This document shows positions 37,926 through 46,946 of a DNA stretch of 46,946 nt, in pieces. The stretch spans positions 1-46,946 of the forward strand of contig JBEKWR010000014.1 of NCBI GenBank assembly GCA_049512935.1. The letters are read 5' to 3'. Position 1 is the first letter of the stretch; every line of letters begins with the position of its first letter. Source of the DNA: Candidatus Bathyarchaeia archaeon (lineage in GTDB: Archaea > Thermoproteota > Bathyarchaeia > Bathyarchaeales > Bathycorpusculaceae). Made by a program: the position numbers and the translations under genes. The notes under the pieces were generated by a model. The model was not told the origin of the DNA. It made no database searches and saw nothing but the letters and a program-made list of their open reading frames with translations.

Positions 37926-38690
37926 ATGACTGAGAAAGCAAGCACCACGCCCAACTTTGGAAATTGGGTTTCGACCCGTTTAATCTACATCTTCGGCGTT
38001 TTAGGGGTCGTTCTTTTGGCATTAACATTTCTGTTTTGGGTTGCACTTATCCCCGCGATAGTTTTCTTTGTAGTGGCAGCGTATTTTGCCTATGCACGTT
38101 ACTTGTTTTCGCCCCGGGGCGGGAACGTTCAAGACAAAATTTGGGATACGGCAATTTCGAACCTGAACTGGAACGGCGAAGGAAAAGCTCTCGACATAGG
38201 CTGCGGAAACGGCGCGTTAACGATAAAGCTTGCCCGCAAATTCACCTCGGCGCAGGTAACTGGCATAGACTTTTGGGGTGAACGATGGGAATACTCAAAA
38301 GGCGCCTGTGAAGCAAACGCGAAGGATGCGGGCGTTGGAGAAAGGACGGTGTTTCAGAAAGCGAGTGCTTCCAAACTGCCTTTTGCCGACGGTTATTTTG
38401 ATGCTGCTGTTAGCAACCTGTGTTTCCATGAAGTCGCCGACGAAAAAGACAAGCGCGAATTGATTCGTGAAGCCCTGCGGGTGGTTAAGAAGGGTGGAAA
38501 ATTCGCTTTCCAAGACCTGTTTTTGCTCAAGCCCGTTTACGGCGACATGGACGCGTTGGTTGCGACGATAAAGGGCTGGGGGATAGACAAAGTTGAGTTT
38601 GTGGAAACGAGGAATGAACCCTTTATCTCGGCGGCTTTGAAGCTGCCGTTCATGGTTGGCAGGATAGGCATAATCAAAGGGCAAAAATAA
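37926..38690 (+). CDS. Class I SAM-dependent methyltransferase with N-terminal TM hairpin
   Basis: LDIGCGNG, LPFADGYFDAAVSN, RVVKKGG. Confidence 0.9.
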   Translation: MTEKASTTPNFGNWVSTRLIYIFGVLGVVLLALTFLFWVALIPAIVFFVVAAYFAYARYLFSPRGGNVQDKIWDTAISNLNWNGEGKALDIGCGNGALTIKLARKFTSAQVTGIDFWGERWEYSKGACEANAKDAGVGERTVFQKASASKLPFADGYFDAAVSNLCFHEVADEKDKRELIREALRVVKKGGKFAFQDLFLLKPVYGDMDALVATIKGWGIDKVEFVETRNEPFISAALKLPFMVGRIGIIKGQK

Positions 38691-39122
38691 CTACTTTTTC
38701 CATTGCCCCGCTGCCCATTTGCCGTAGCCTGTGGGTGTAATCTTGATGATGGGTATGTCGCCTTCTTTCCAGCCGCCATCGTCAGTTCGGTACTCGGGAT
38801 ACTTCTCTTCAAGAAGACTGTGCGCGTAACGGTACTCTTCGCCTTCCCACATGATTTCTGCCTCGCCTTGGATTCGGATTCCCTTCACGTTAGCCCAGTT
38901 GTTCCTGTCGTAATCGTCAAGAACCAGGGAAACCATGGGGTTCTCCTCGATGTGTTCAAGCTTGGGCATGTCAGGGTCAGATGCGAAGTAGATGAACACG
39001 CTGTCAAAAACAGGCCAGACAGGCCGCACCACGGGTTCGCAGTCTTTAGTTACCGTGGCAAGTCGACCGACTGGAAGCTTCTGGATAAAATCAACGTCGG
39101 ATTTAGATAGTTTCTCAACCAT
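38691..39122 (-). CDS. Pyridoxamine 5'-phosphate oxidase-like (split-barrel flavin/F420-binding) protein
   Basis: GRLATV, PVVRPVW, KLEHIEENPMVSL, IQGEA, EKYPEY. Confidence 0.88.
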   Translation of the reverse strand: MVEKLSKSDVDFIQKLPVGRLATVTKDCEPVVRPVWPVFDSVFIYFASDPDMPKLEHIEENPMVSLVLDDYDRNNWANVKGIRIQGEAEIMWEGEEYRYAHSLLEEKYPEYRTDDGGWKEGDIPIIKITPTGYGKWAAGQWKK

Positions 39123-39267
39123 ACTTGACGACCTCAAAACCTAATATTAATCAGTCACGCTCACGTATTTCTGTTTTCGCCTTTTCCCTTAAATCTTTTC
39201 CGCTTGCACGACTTCTAGATCAGCGAAAAAAGGGCTTTCGCATGTTGGCAAGTCTTGCGTTGAGTTT

Positions 39268-40818
39268 TTAGGCGGTTTGGTTCCAGTAGGTGACGTGCAG
39301 GTACCTTTCCGCCACTGGGTAAGCTGGGTCATCGTAGACTATGTCGAGTTTTGATCCGTATTTAGAAAGCGAAGCCTGCAGGGCATTCCAAACCTGCTGC
39401 GAATTGTTGTCTGGTTGCCATAGGCCCCAAATTGTGTCCTGTTGGTTTCTCATTCCCCATCCGTAATCGCTGGGCAAAACTAACGCGTCTTGTCCAGTCA
39501 CGTTGTTGGTGTCTCTGGGGTTTTGAACCACATCCGTCCAGAACTTCTGAATCGCCGCGAACTGCGGATTCTGCAAAAGCCCGGTGCCGTTGCCGTTGGG
39601 TGAGTAGTTGAAGGCAACAACGTATTCGGCGCCGCTCTGATAGGACTGCTTCATTTCACTGTAGATTTGGTTTTCGCTTTGAAGGACAATCGGGGACAGA
39701 TTCTGCCAGTCAATCATTGCGCCCCAACTTTTGCCTTGCATGTCGGCAGCGCCGCGTACCAGTGCGATGTTTTGCGTGGTTGATTGGTTCCAGCCTAACT
39801 CGGTGAGTACCACGTTGTAGCCTCCTTGATAGTCCCACCAGTAAAGCCCATAGTCTGAAGTGAAAAGTTCCACGTCTGATTGGTTACCGATTGAGCTTAG
39901 GGTTTGTTGCTCTGTGCTCACAAAGGTGTCTGCTGCTTCAGTGTAGTTTTGGACTGGATTTGAATCCCAAAGTTCCTGATATGGTTCAAACTGGGAAATT
40001 TTGCCTGGGTCGCTTATAGGTTGGTTATATTTGGTGACGTAAGTGCCGTTTGGATATCTAGTCATTACGGTTTCGGTTCCGTTGATGACTTCTCCATTCG
40101 GCTGGTAAGTTATCTGATCTTCGTAAACATATACGATTGTGCCGTTAGGGTAGTTTGAAGTTTGGTTTGGTGAACTGGTGATTGTGCCGTTTGGATAGTA
40201 ATTGATAGAAGCGTTCTTGTTGACAGTTACATTGCTGATGCCGTTGACTGTCTCGTTAGTGGTTGAACCAATCGAAGTCATTATTTGTCCTGAAGGCCAG
40301 TACGTCACGAAATCGGTAGAATTGTCGTAATTAACCGTCAAAGGCGTACCCATTTGCTGCTTTGTTATCCTCTCGTTGTTAATGTAAAGGTTCACTGTGG
40401 AGTCAAGCATTTTCCCGCCTGGTTCATCGTCGTAGTATACTCCTAAGAAGTGGCTTCCCCATCGTGCAGTTGCATTATCGAGGAAAGAAGGTACATTGAT
40501 TGTGGGGATGTTATTAGCGAAAGACACTATGATGTTTAATCCTGCGTTGACGGCGTAATCGCATATCTGGTCCAAGGCGGCGCCGTCATCCATTAACGGC
40601 CCAGATGTCACTACAAACAGGTTAGTGTAAGTCTTAACCCTGTCAATTAACTGCTCAGCTTCAGTGACGTTATCGCCACCGTAGGTGACCCCGACGTAAA
40701 ACGGCTTCTTACTTGCCACAGGCGCTGAAAAATCAGAAATTTCTATGGCGGCAAACGCTGACACAACAATAACAACAATTATGGCGACTGCCAAAACTAT
40801 TGCCAAGCGTTTTTTCAT
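39268..40818 (-). CDS. Secreted or membrane-anchored hypothetical protein with YPNGT-repeat insertion
   Basis: N-terminal signal/TM; GVYYDDEPGG, FTSDYGLYWWDY, RGAA, PSDYGWGMR; five YPNG-like repeats. Confidence 0.8.
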   Translation of the reverse strand: MKKRLAIVLAVAIIVVIVVSAFAAIEISDFSAPVASKKPFYVGVTYGGDNVTEAEQLIDRVKTYTNLFVVTSGPLMDDGAALDQICDYAVNAGLNIIVSFANNIPTINVPSFLDNATARWGSHFLGVYYDDEPGGKMLDSTVNLYINNERITKQQMGTPLTVNYDNSTDFVTYWPSGQIMTSIGSTTNETVNGISNVTVNKNASINYYPNGTITSSPNQTSNYPNGTIVYVYEDQITYQPNGEVINGTETVMTRYPNGTYVTKYNQPISDPGKISQFEPYQELWDSNPVQNYTEAADTFVSTEQQTLSSIGNQSDVELFTSDYGLYWWDYQGGYNVVLTELGWNQSTTQNIALVRGAADMQGKSWGAMIDWQNLSPIVLQSENQIYSEMKQSYQSGAEYVVAFNYSPNGNGTGLLQNPQFAAIQKFWTDVVQNPRDTNNVTGQDALVLPSDYGWGMRNQQDTIWGLWQPDNNSQQVWNALQASLSKYGSKLDIVYDDPAYPVAERYLHVTYWNQTA

Positions 40819-40934
40819 ACTGCTAAACCTCGCGCCCTTGGAATTCTATCCTTTGTGTGTTGCCATTGCACATGTGGCTCGGAGATAAATATCTTGAGCC
40901 AAATTGCATCCAAAAGGCAAGCGAGCGAAAAAAG

Positions 40935-42821
40935 CTACGCTTTGCCTTTCAGATAGCGCTCTATTTCTTTCTCTGCGTTGTCTGCTTTGATGAATATGGG
41001 CACGTTCTCCATGCCCGTCGCGATGTAGCTGCTTAGGAGCCATTCGCCAGGCGCGAACTCCAGCGTTTTCTCCAAGATGCCCTTGTCAATCATGAAAGTC
41101 TCGCTCACCAAGGCTCTGTCGTACGGGCGAGGCAGGGTTCCGACGAAGTACGTGTGCAGTTGCTGAAGAGCGTTCGTGTTCAGGTACGCGATGCGCTGCG
41201 TGGCGATGCAGACGCCTAAACCGTACTTGCGTCCTTGGCGAAGCAGGGTTTCCACGTGTTGGCTGCACTTGCCGTCTATGCCGCCTTCCTTGCTGCTGAT
41301 GAACTCTTGCGCCTCGTCGAAGACAAGGAGAATTTGGGGTTTCACCATGAAGCGTCGTTTGCGGCGGATAAGAAGGTCTTGTGTTAAGGCTATAGCGAGT
41401 TCTTTGATGGTGTATGGGTCGCTGATTGAGATAATCACAAGGTTAGTGCTTGGTTCCTCAAGTAGTTGCCTGATGCCTTCAACCGTTAAACCTGCCGCGG
41501 CTTTATCGGTGTTTTGCGCCCGCTTCTTAAAAAGGTCCAGAATCGTGCTTCGGGTAGTTGCCCAAGCGTATAGCCCCGCCTTGTCGTTTACTTTGAAGGT
41601 TTCCATAGCGTTCTGTGAGACCTCAGCGATGTGAACGACGAAATCTTGGCTGACTTCTTGGTTTTCGCTTAACCCGTTCTTCTCTACCCATTCGCGAATT
41701 GCATCATGAATTACGTCGATTGCGTTAATGTAGTGTGGACGGCCAACTGAATCCTTGCGCTGGTCCTCTAACTCTGCCATCATTTCGCCATAATTGGGGA
41801 TTTTCTGCTTAGGCTTAGTGTAAAACGTCAGCTTGCCCTGATCCATTATTGCTTGTAAACCAGCTTTTGTCCGCTGGTCTGTCTCGTATTCCCTTGGTTT
41901 TACAACGCTGTTAAAGAATTGTTCTAAAGAGTCAATTCTGTGTTCCAAAATCAGCTTGGCTTTCACGGCTGGGTCAGCAAGCAAATCGAGCAAAAGAAAC
42001 GTGTATTCGCAGCTGATGTCGAAGATGACGACTTTGGTGCTGTCTTTCTCGGCGTGAAGCAGGATACGCCTGAGCACGTTGGACATGAGGTTGCTTTTTC
42101 CGCCGCCTGTGAACGCGAAGACTCCGAAGTGGTATCGAATCAGCTTTTCGAAGTCAACGTAAATGGGAATTTTGGCTTTGGCGGCTTCGAACATTTTAAT
42201 CGTGCCAAGCCGCGGGTCAATGTGGGCGTCTGCAACGGTGTTGGCTGTGTCGATGCCCAGTTGCGCGGCGATTTTCTGGTTGTACATGCGGTTAATCATC
42301 TCGCTGTTCAAGAGTAGCACGCTGCTTCCTACCACGGGGTAGGAGAAGCCTTTAACAAACTCGAACGTGCAGTCGTTCTTGACGATTAAGTCGTAGTTGA
42401 TGGGGATGGCGTCGATTTGAATCATCATCGTTGACTTGTCATCTGTCTGCCAGTCCTCCTCCGACTGCTCGATGATCTCGAACTGCATCGGGTAGTACCC
42501 GTGGTCGCTGAGCCCGCGCAGCCCGAAATGTTCAGGCCAAACACGGCTAATCTCCATAAGCGTGAACCGCTCAGTATCCGCAACCGCAGGCTTAAAATTC
42601 TTCACAGCCATCAGCATGCCCTCCTCCAGCAGCCCCATCAGGTCCTTCTGGTACTCGATTTTCACTCGGCACTGGTAACGCGCGCTTGTGCCCGTGACTT
42701 TCGAGTCGCCTGAGTCGCCGCCCGCGTAACGGGGCATGACTGCGGCTAAACGCGCGTGGAATTTATCTTCGAAGCTTGTGAAGCATTCCTGGTTAACGGT
42801 TTTCTCTTCTTGCTTGTTCAA
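40935..42821 (-). CDS. HerA-family ATPase with N-terminal beta-barrel
   Basis: Walker A HFGVFAFTGGGKSN, VIFDISCEY, Walker B LLVFDEAQEF, arginine finger RQGRKYG, ATQR. Confidence 0.9.
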   Translation of the reverse strand: MNKQEEKTVNQECFTSFEDKFHARLAAVMPRYAGGDSGDSKVTGTSARYQCRVKIEYQKDLMGLLEEGMLMAVKNFKPAVADTERFTLMEISRVWPEHFGLRGLSDHGYYPMQFEIIEQSEEDWQTDDKSTMMIQIDAIPINYDLIVKNDCTFEFVKGFSYPVVGSSVLLLNSEMINRMYNQKIAAQLGIDTANTVADAHIDPRLGTIKMFEAAKAKIPIYVDFEKLIRYHFGVFAFTGGGKSNLMSNVLRRILLHAEKDSTKVVIFDISCEYTFLLLDLLADPAVKAKLILEHRIDSLEQFFNSVVKPREYETDQRTKAGLQAIMDQGKLTFYTKPKQKIPNYGEMMAELEDQRKDSVGRPHYINAIDVIHDAIREWVEKNGLSENQEVSQDFVVHIAEVSQNAMETFKVNDKAGLYAWATTRSTILDLFKKRAQNTDKAAAGLTVEGIRQLLEEPSTNLVIISISDPYTIKELAIALTQDLLIRRKRRFMVKPQILLVFDEAQEFISSKEGGIDGKCSQHVETLLRQGRKYGLGVCIATQRIAYLNTNALQQLHTYFVGTLPRPYDRALVSETFMIDKGILEKTLEFAPGEWLLSSYIATGMENVPIFIKADNAEKEIERYLKGKA

Positions 42822-44715
42822 TACCTGCTCGCCTCTCTCGGAAAGTGCTCATATAGAATATGAACTTGCGCAATTTACGGTTATTCATCATCCAACCCGC
42901 CGTTGAGTCCGCCACACATTTGAACTGGCTGTAATTCCACTTGGCAATCTTATCTGCCACAAACAACGGCTTGTTATGCCCAAACGCTTCAGGAATGTTC
43001 GCTGGCGCCATCGCCACAAGCATAGCCATAACCATGTTCTGCATCCTGTTGGGCACGGTCTTGTCCTTGTAAAGCAGGACTTCGACGGGTTCCTTGGTGC
43101 CGTCGCTCATTTCATCCAGCAAAGCCAAGCGGCACTCGGGTTTATAGTCGAATTCAGGGTAGGCTAAACGGTCAATCAGCAAAACGTTGCTTCTCAGAAG
43201 CGGGTCAGAGCGGGCTTGGCTAAGCTGTACGTAAGTCTTCAAGAAAGCCTTTTCCAACCCCACCTTGTTCCTGATTAATCCGCAAATGTAGCCTCTTCCC
43301 CTCTCGGAGTCAGCCTTCATGGTTCTGAAAGCCGAGTCATACTCGATCAGGCTCCAAGGAGGAACGATTTTTTCAGGGTTAAAAACGCTTGCTGACTGAA
43401 GAATCATGCGGTCAGTGTTAGGCAGCGCAGCAAACGCCTCATTCTGCACGGCAACGGCAAGCAAGCCTTCGTTTTGCATGATTGGAACAAGCTGGCGCTT
43501 GAAATCCCGTGCGGACGTGTCTTTCGTGATGCCGACAAGCAAGATGTGTCTGCGCCAGCATTCATCCATAAGCATCTGCAGGGCATAAAGCGTTAGAAGC
43601 ATAACGTCAAGGGTTGTCAGCCAATGTTCCTTGCCGTCTTTGAGGATTTTCATGCAGCTTGAAGTTTCCGCGTCGACGCTCCCTGAAAGGAAAATTTGGT
43701 CGCCTAACTCAACCGTGACCCGCCGCATGCGCTCCCAGCAGTCAACGTACCGCTCGTTAAGCTGGTAAACGCCGTTGTCAAAGGTCAAAACGTTCGCTTT
43801 GACTAACTTGGCTAAGGACCTGTTTACGCGCTTTAATCGTTTCGCTTCGGTGATGCCGAACGCCTCGCAGACCTCTACTTCCGTCACCGTGCCCTTCTCC
43901 CGTGCCAAGTTGATGATGGCGTAGCGGAGGTAGTCGGCTCTTGGCGCAGGCAACCCTAACTGCCCGTTGCATACGTGCTGGCGAGCTATGGCTAAATCGT
44001 TCTTGTCAACCTGCCTTCCGCCGCTGACGTAGCCGATAAGCGCGCTCTTGGCATCCCAAAACTCCGTTTTCCTCGTCTCGTAAAGCAGGCTTGCCCGCTC
44101 CGTAGACAGGCTTCTATCCATCAAGAGCACCCTGAAGTTCTGGGTTGGGTCAACGGCGAGTTTGTAGGCTAAGTAGAACTCTGAAAAAGTCATGATGGCG
44201 TTGGCTATCAACGAGTTGCTGGCGATTTCCCAGTCCGTCGCAGGCTTGGACGGGTCAACCTCGGCGGGTTGCTCCTGAGCCGCGAAGGAGTGGTCAACAT
44301 CGGGAATCTCGTTGACGTAGATTGGGACGACGCTGGATACGCCGATGTTCTGCCCAAGCGTCTTAGAGTCATATTCAACATGCGGTTCAGATGCTTCCCG
44401 AAACGTCACGGTGCCCGTTGAAGCGTAGGAGCCGCCGAAGAAAATAACCAAGTCAAACATGGGTCGCGAGTACATCGTGCCGTCGACGCCTGCAAAACGG
44501 ACGCTGTCTTTGCCGAAGAATTCCTCAGCGGTTTCCCACGCCTCCTTCGGGTTGAACCCTTGCCGTATCAGGTTGACCAGCAAGCCGTCGTAGGCGTCTT
44601 TTAAGATTGAGAAGCGCTGCTCGTAGTCGGTGACTTGGCTGGTTGCCCCTCTCCGAAGGTTATCGCATGCGCGCTTTGTTGCTTCGCTCAGGGAGGGCGT
44701 CGTCACCTGTTTCAC
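42793..44715 (-). CDS. Large NurA-like nuclease with inserted winged-helix domain
   Basis: FAGVDGT, conserved Glu helix (MTFSEF), LLMDRSL, VGITKD, C-terminal GHNKPLFVADKIAK; overlaps the HerA-family gene. Confidence 0.8.
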   Translation of the reverse strand: MKQVTTPSLSEATKRACDNLRRGATSQVTDYEQRFSILKDAYDGLLVNLIRQGFNPKEAWETAEEFFGKDSVRFAGVDGTMYSRPMFDLVIFFGGSYASTGTVTFREASEPHVEYDSKTLGQNIGVSSVVPIYVNEIPDVDHSFAAQEQPAEVDPSKPATDWEIASNSLIANAIMTFSEFYLAYKLAVDPTQNFRVLLMDRSLSTERASLLYETRKTEFWDAKSALIGYVSGGRQVDKNDLAIARQHVCNGQLGLPAPRADYLRYAIINLAREKGTVTEVEVCEAFGITEAKRLKRVNRSLAKLVKANVLTFDNGVYQLNERYVDCWERMRRVTVELGDQIFLSGSVDAETSSCMKILKDGKEHWLTTLDVMLLTLYALQMLMDECWRRHILLVGITKDTSARDFKRQLVPIMQNEGLLAVAVQNEAFAALPNTDRMILQSASVFNPEKIVPPWSLIEYDSAFRTMKADSERGRGYICGLIRNKVGLEKAFLKTYVQLSQARSDPLLRSNVLLIDRLAYPEFDYKPECRLALLDEMSDGTKEPVEVLLYKDKTVPNRMQNMVMAMLVAMAPANIPEAFGHNKPLFVADKIAKWNYSQFKCVADSTAGWMMNNRKLRKFIFYMSTFRERRAGIEQARRENR

Positions 44716-44940
44716 TCTCTAATGGCTGAGTGATTGCTTACTATTAAAAAGCATTGTTGACAAGTAAACGCCTAAAACATCCGTCGGTCTCCCCATGTTT
44801 GCATGCTTTTTACCTATTGGCGTGGCTGTAAATAGTAAGGAGAGGGGAGTCGGCTTTGTGATACCATTTTTACGTTGGAATTTTGATGTAAATAATAGGT
44901 GCCCTCCCGCGGTAGGCGGTTTCTGCTCGGGGCTCATTTC

Positions 44941-44990
44941 GGGTTGGTTTTTTGGTTTAGAGCCCGAATCAAGCAGAGGGCAACTTTGTC
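44941..44990. repeat. Dispersed intergenic repeat, partial copy C
   Basis: GGGTTGGTTTTTTGGTTTAGAGCCCGAA matches 12-39 at 24/28, followed by GCAACTTTG at a similar spacing. Confidence 0.55.
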
Positions 44991-45526
44991 CAGCACGGTA
45001 AACAAAGTTTCAACTGATTTTTCAGGTATAAACCAATTGATACCTGTTCTCCTCGACGTTTTTCGCCGACAACCGCTCACCTAAAGAACGGTTTGCCCAT
45101 TTGAAAACAGGCAGCCCCCAAACCCAAACCCTCCCATCCAAAAAGGATACAGCGAAGCCAAGTTGGTGTCCAAGAGGGCACATTCCTTTTAGGCTACTTC
45201 CCCCTCTCATGGTACATGGAACACAAGCTAAGTTTCAATGGATAAGTGGATTAAGGGTAAGGGTTAGTAGCTGCTCATAAGAAATTTGATATTTTAGCTC
45301 TTACAAGATACGGTGTCGCTTCAGCCAGCTGTAAACAAGTACTGTATTTCTGAGCATTTCTCTTTGTTTATGGGGTGTTTTATTGGAAACTGTGCTGGTC
45401 AGCAAGAATATTTATCGCATATTTTCTAAGCTGAAGCAGATTAAGCCTGCCTGGCGTGTTGACCAGATGAAAACGCAACCATGTTAAATTTTACTTCTTT
45501 ATGGTTTTTGTAGGTCATTTTTTTTA

Positions 45527-46285
45527 TCAGGCAAATGTTTTTTCTGGGTTGCAAAGTCCCACTGTTAGATTGAAATAGTCTTTGAGTTGATGACCAATAT
45601 AGATCGCCATGTCGTCATAAGTAAATCTTGATGATGTAATCCACAGGTCATTGCCGATGTGGATTATCTCTATCATTGTTATCTCAACTGGTGTGTACAT
45701 GAATGAATTGATTAGCAAAGGAATTATGATAACACAGGTTTTGCTTATGAGACTTTTCTTGTCATCACTATCTTTTAATTTCCCTTTTAGGTTTTCCAGT
45801 TCCTTCTTGCCTAAATTTTCTAAAGGCATACAATAGATGAGTTTGCATTCTACTCCTCCTTCTGGAATGAGGTGCTCAATGGATTGTTTGACTTTATCAG
45901 CAATTAATTCTTCTTGCTGGCTGTAAGATAGCGAAGTCTCTTTGACTTGAGAAGGAAAAACCTGTCTGGAGGTTTGAGGAGATGAAAAATATTGCTTATT
46001 TGGATCAAAAGTTGAAGAGGCTTTAATCTTGGAATTTAGTAGCATCGCTCCACCAGCCAACACCAGAATAACACCGATCAGTAGTACAGAATAAAACAAC
46101 AACTGCACAGAACTCGACATGTTATCTGTGTCAGCCAAGAGACCAGGTGGACTTGGATTTGATATAAAACCATATTCAGCACCAAACAGTATGTCCGAAA
46201 CGGAAAATGTAATTAACCCAATAATGCCGATCCAGACTCCATTTGAGCGCCTTAAGCCCTTCTTAGTAGATAACTCGCTTGCCAT
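45527..46285 (-). CDS. AT-rich hypothetical membrane protein
   Basis: Two N-terminal TM segments plus a soluble domain; ATG 46285 or GTG 46309; no family recognised. Confidence 0.6.
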   Translation of the reverse strand: MASELSTKKGLRRSNGVWIGIIGLITFSVSDILFGAEYGFISNPSPPGLLADTDNMSSSVQLLFYSVLLIGVILVLAGGAMLLNSKIKASSTFDPNKQYFSSPQTSRQVFPSQVKETSLSYSQQEELIADKVKQSIEHLIPEGGVECKLIYCMPLENLGKKELENLKGKLKDSDDKKSLISKTCVIIIPLLINSFMYTPVEITMIEIIHIGNDLWITSSRFTYDDMAIYIGHQLKDYFNLTVGLCNPEKTFA

Positions 46286-46740
46286 GCAACCTGCCCCTTT
46301 TAAGCCCACTATTTGAACTCTTGTGGCTCAAATATTTTTCCTATTTTCATGAATTCAGCTAACGCCAGACGCTCCAAAATTAGTTCTTAATGGTCTTTAT
46401 ATCAGAAGTTGACCACTCTGGGGTCCCAATCCTAAGAATGTGGTAAAACGAGAATAATACGTAACGTCTGCAAGCAAGAAGGTTATCTTCAACAGTTAGG
46501 CAACTATTCAGAGTCAGGCACTATCAAGGCAAAGCTGAGTATGGCAAGAGCAAATTCTCCTATCACCCAACAGTCTGAAGAGTACGCAGAACTGCAGCTT
46601 AGCAAGGGCAGTGGTTTAAATGTTCAGAAAACTTTAATTAAATTACCTCATACTGAAATGGCTGAGACTGACCACTCAGGCGTTCAAATTGAGCATCTGA
46701 ATAAGTCTAAATCAGGCTTGGAACAACAAAACATCGCTGT

Positions 46741-46827
46741 GCGGGATTGCCCTAGCCTGGTAGGGGGCAGGCCTGCTAAGTCTGTGGTCGAAAGGCCGCG
46801 TGGGTTCAAATCCCACATCCCGCGCCA
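46741..46827 (+). tRNA. tRNA-Ser(GCT), intronless, CCA encoded
   Basis: Acceptor GCGGGAT/ATCCCGC, discriminator G, CCA; anticodon stem CAGGC/GTCTG with GCT at 46775-46777; long variable arm GGTC-GAAA-GGCC; T arm GTGGG-TTCAAAT-CCCAC. Confidence 0.97.
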
Positions 46828-46946
46828 CTTCTCTTATTAACTTAATACACGCGAGAAGCGCTCTAGGTCGCAGTTCAATTGTCTGATTTAATGACTCAAA
46901 AAGGTTCTTCTTGCGTTCATCCTTATCTTGCAGAGGACTTATTGGG

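Noticed and set aside
46541-46840. 99-aa ORF
   Set aside because: It runs through the tRNA-Ser gene and has no recognisable motifs.

Overview
Archaeal chromosomal window; the gene content and frequent TTG/GTG starts suggest a TACK archaeon, probably Bathyarchaeia-like (inference). Core genes: rio2, an Sm-like gene, an elp3-gatD-gatE operon, tyrS plus a TOPRIM gene, apgM, an M48 protease, an nrdR-nrdD-nrdG class III ribonucleotide reductase operon with NrdR boxes, 2-oxoacid:ferredoxin oxidoreductase alpha/beta, and tRNA-Ser(GCT). Accessory content: two VapBC pairs, two GT-C glycosyltransferases and several surface proteins. The most unusual items are: (1) an AT-rich island (about 2366-5370) where single orphan genes are bracketed by related inverted repeats that meet in a 133-bp palindrome with 19-bp periodicity; (2) a stand-alone pair of a large NurA-like nuclease with an inserted winged helix and a HerA ATPase, near the tRNA; (3) a dispersed intergenic repeat family built on GTTGCGACTTT; (4) an uncalled 45-aa, 9-Cys microprotein ending in Gly-Gly-Gly, between a tandem ferritin-like gene and the oxidoreductase genes. 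All calls come from motif reading by eye; no searches were run.
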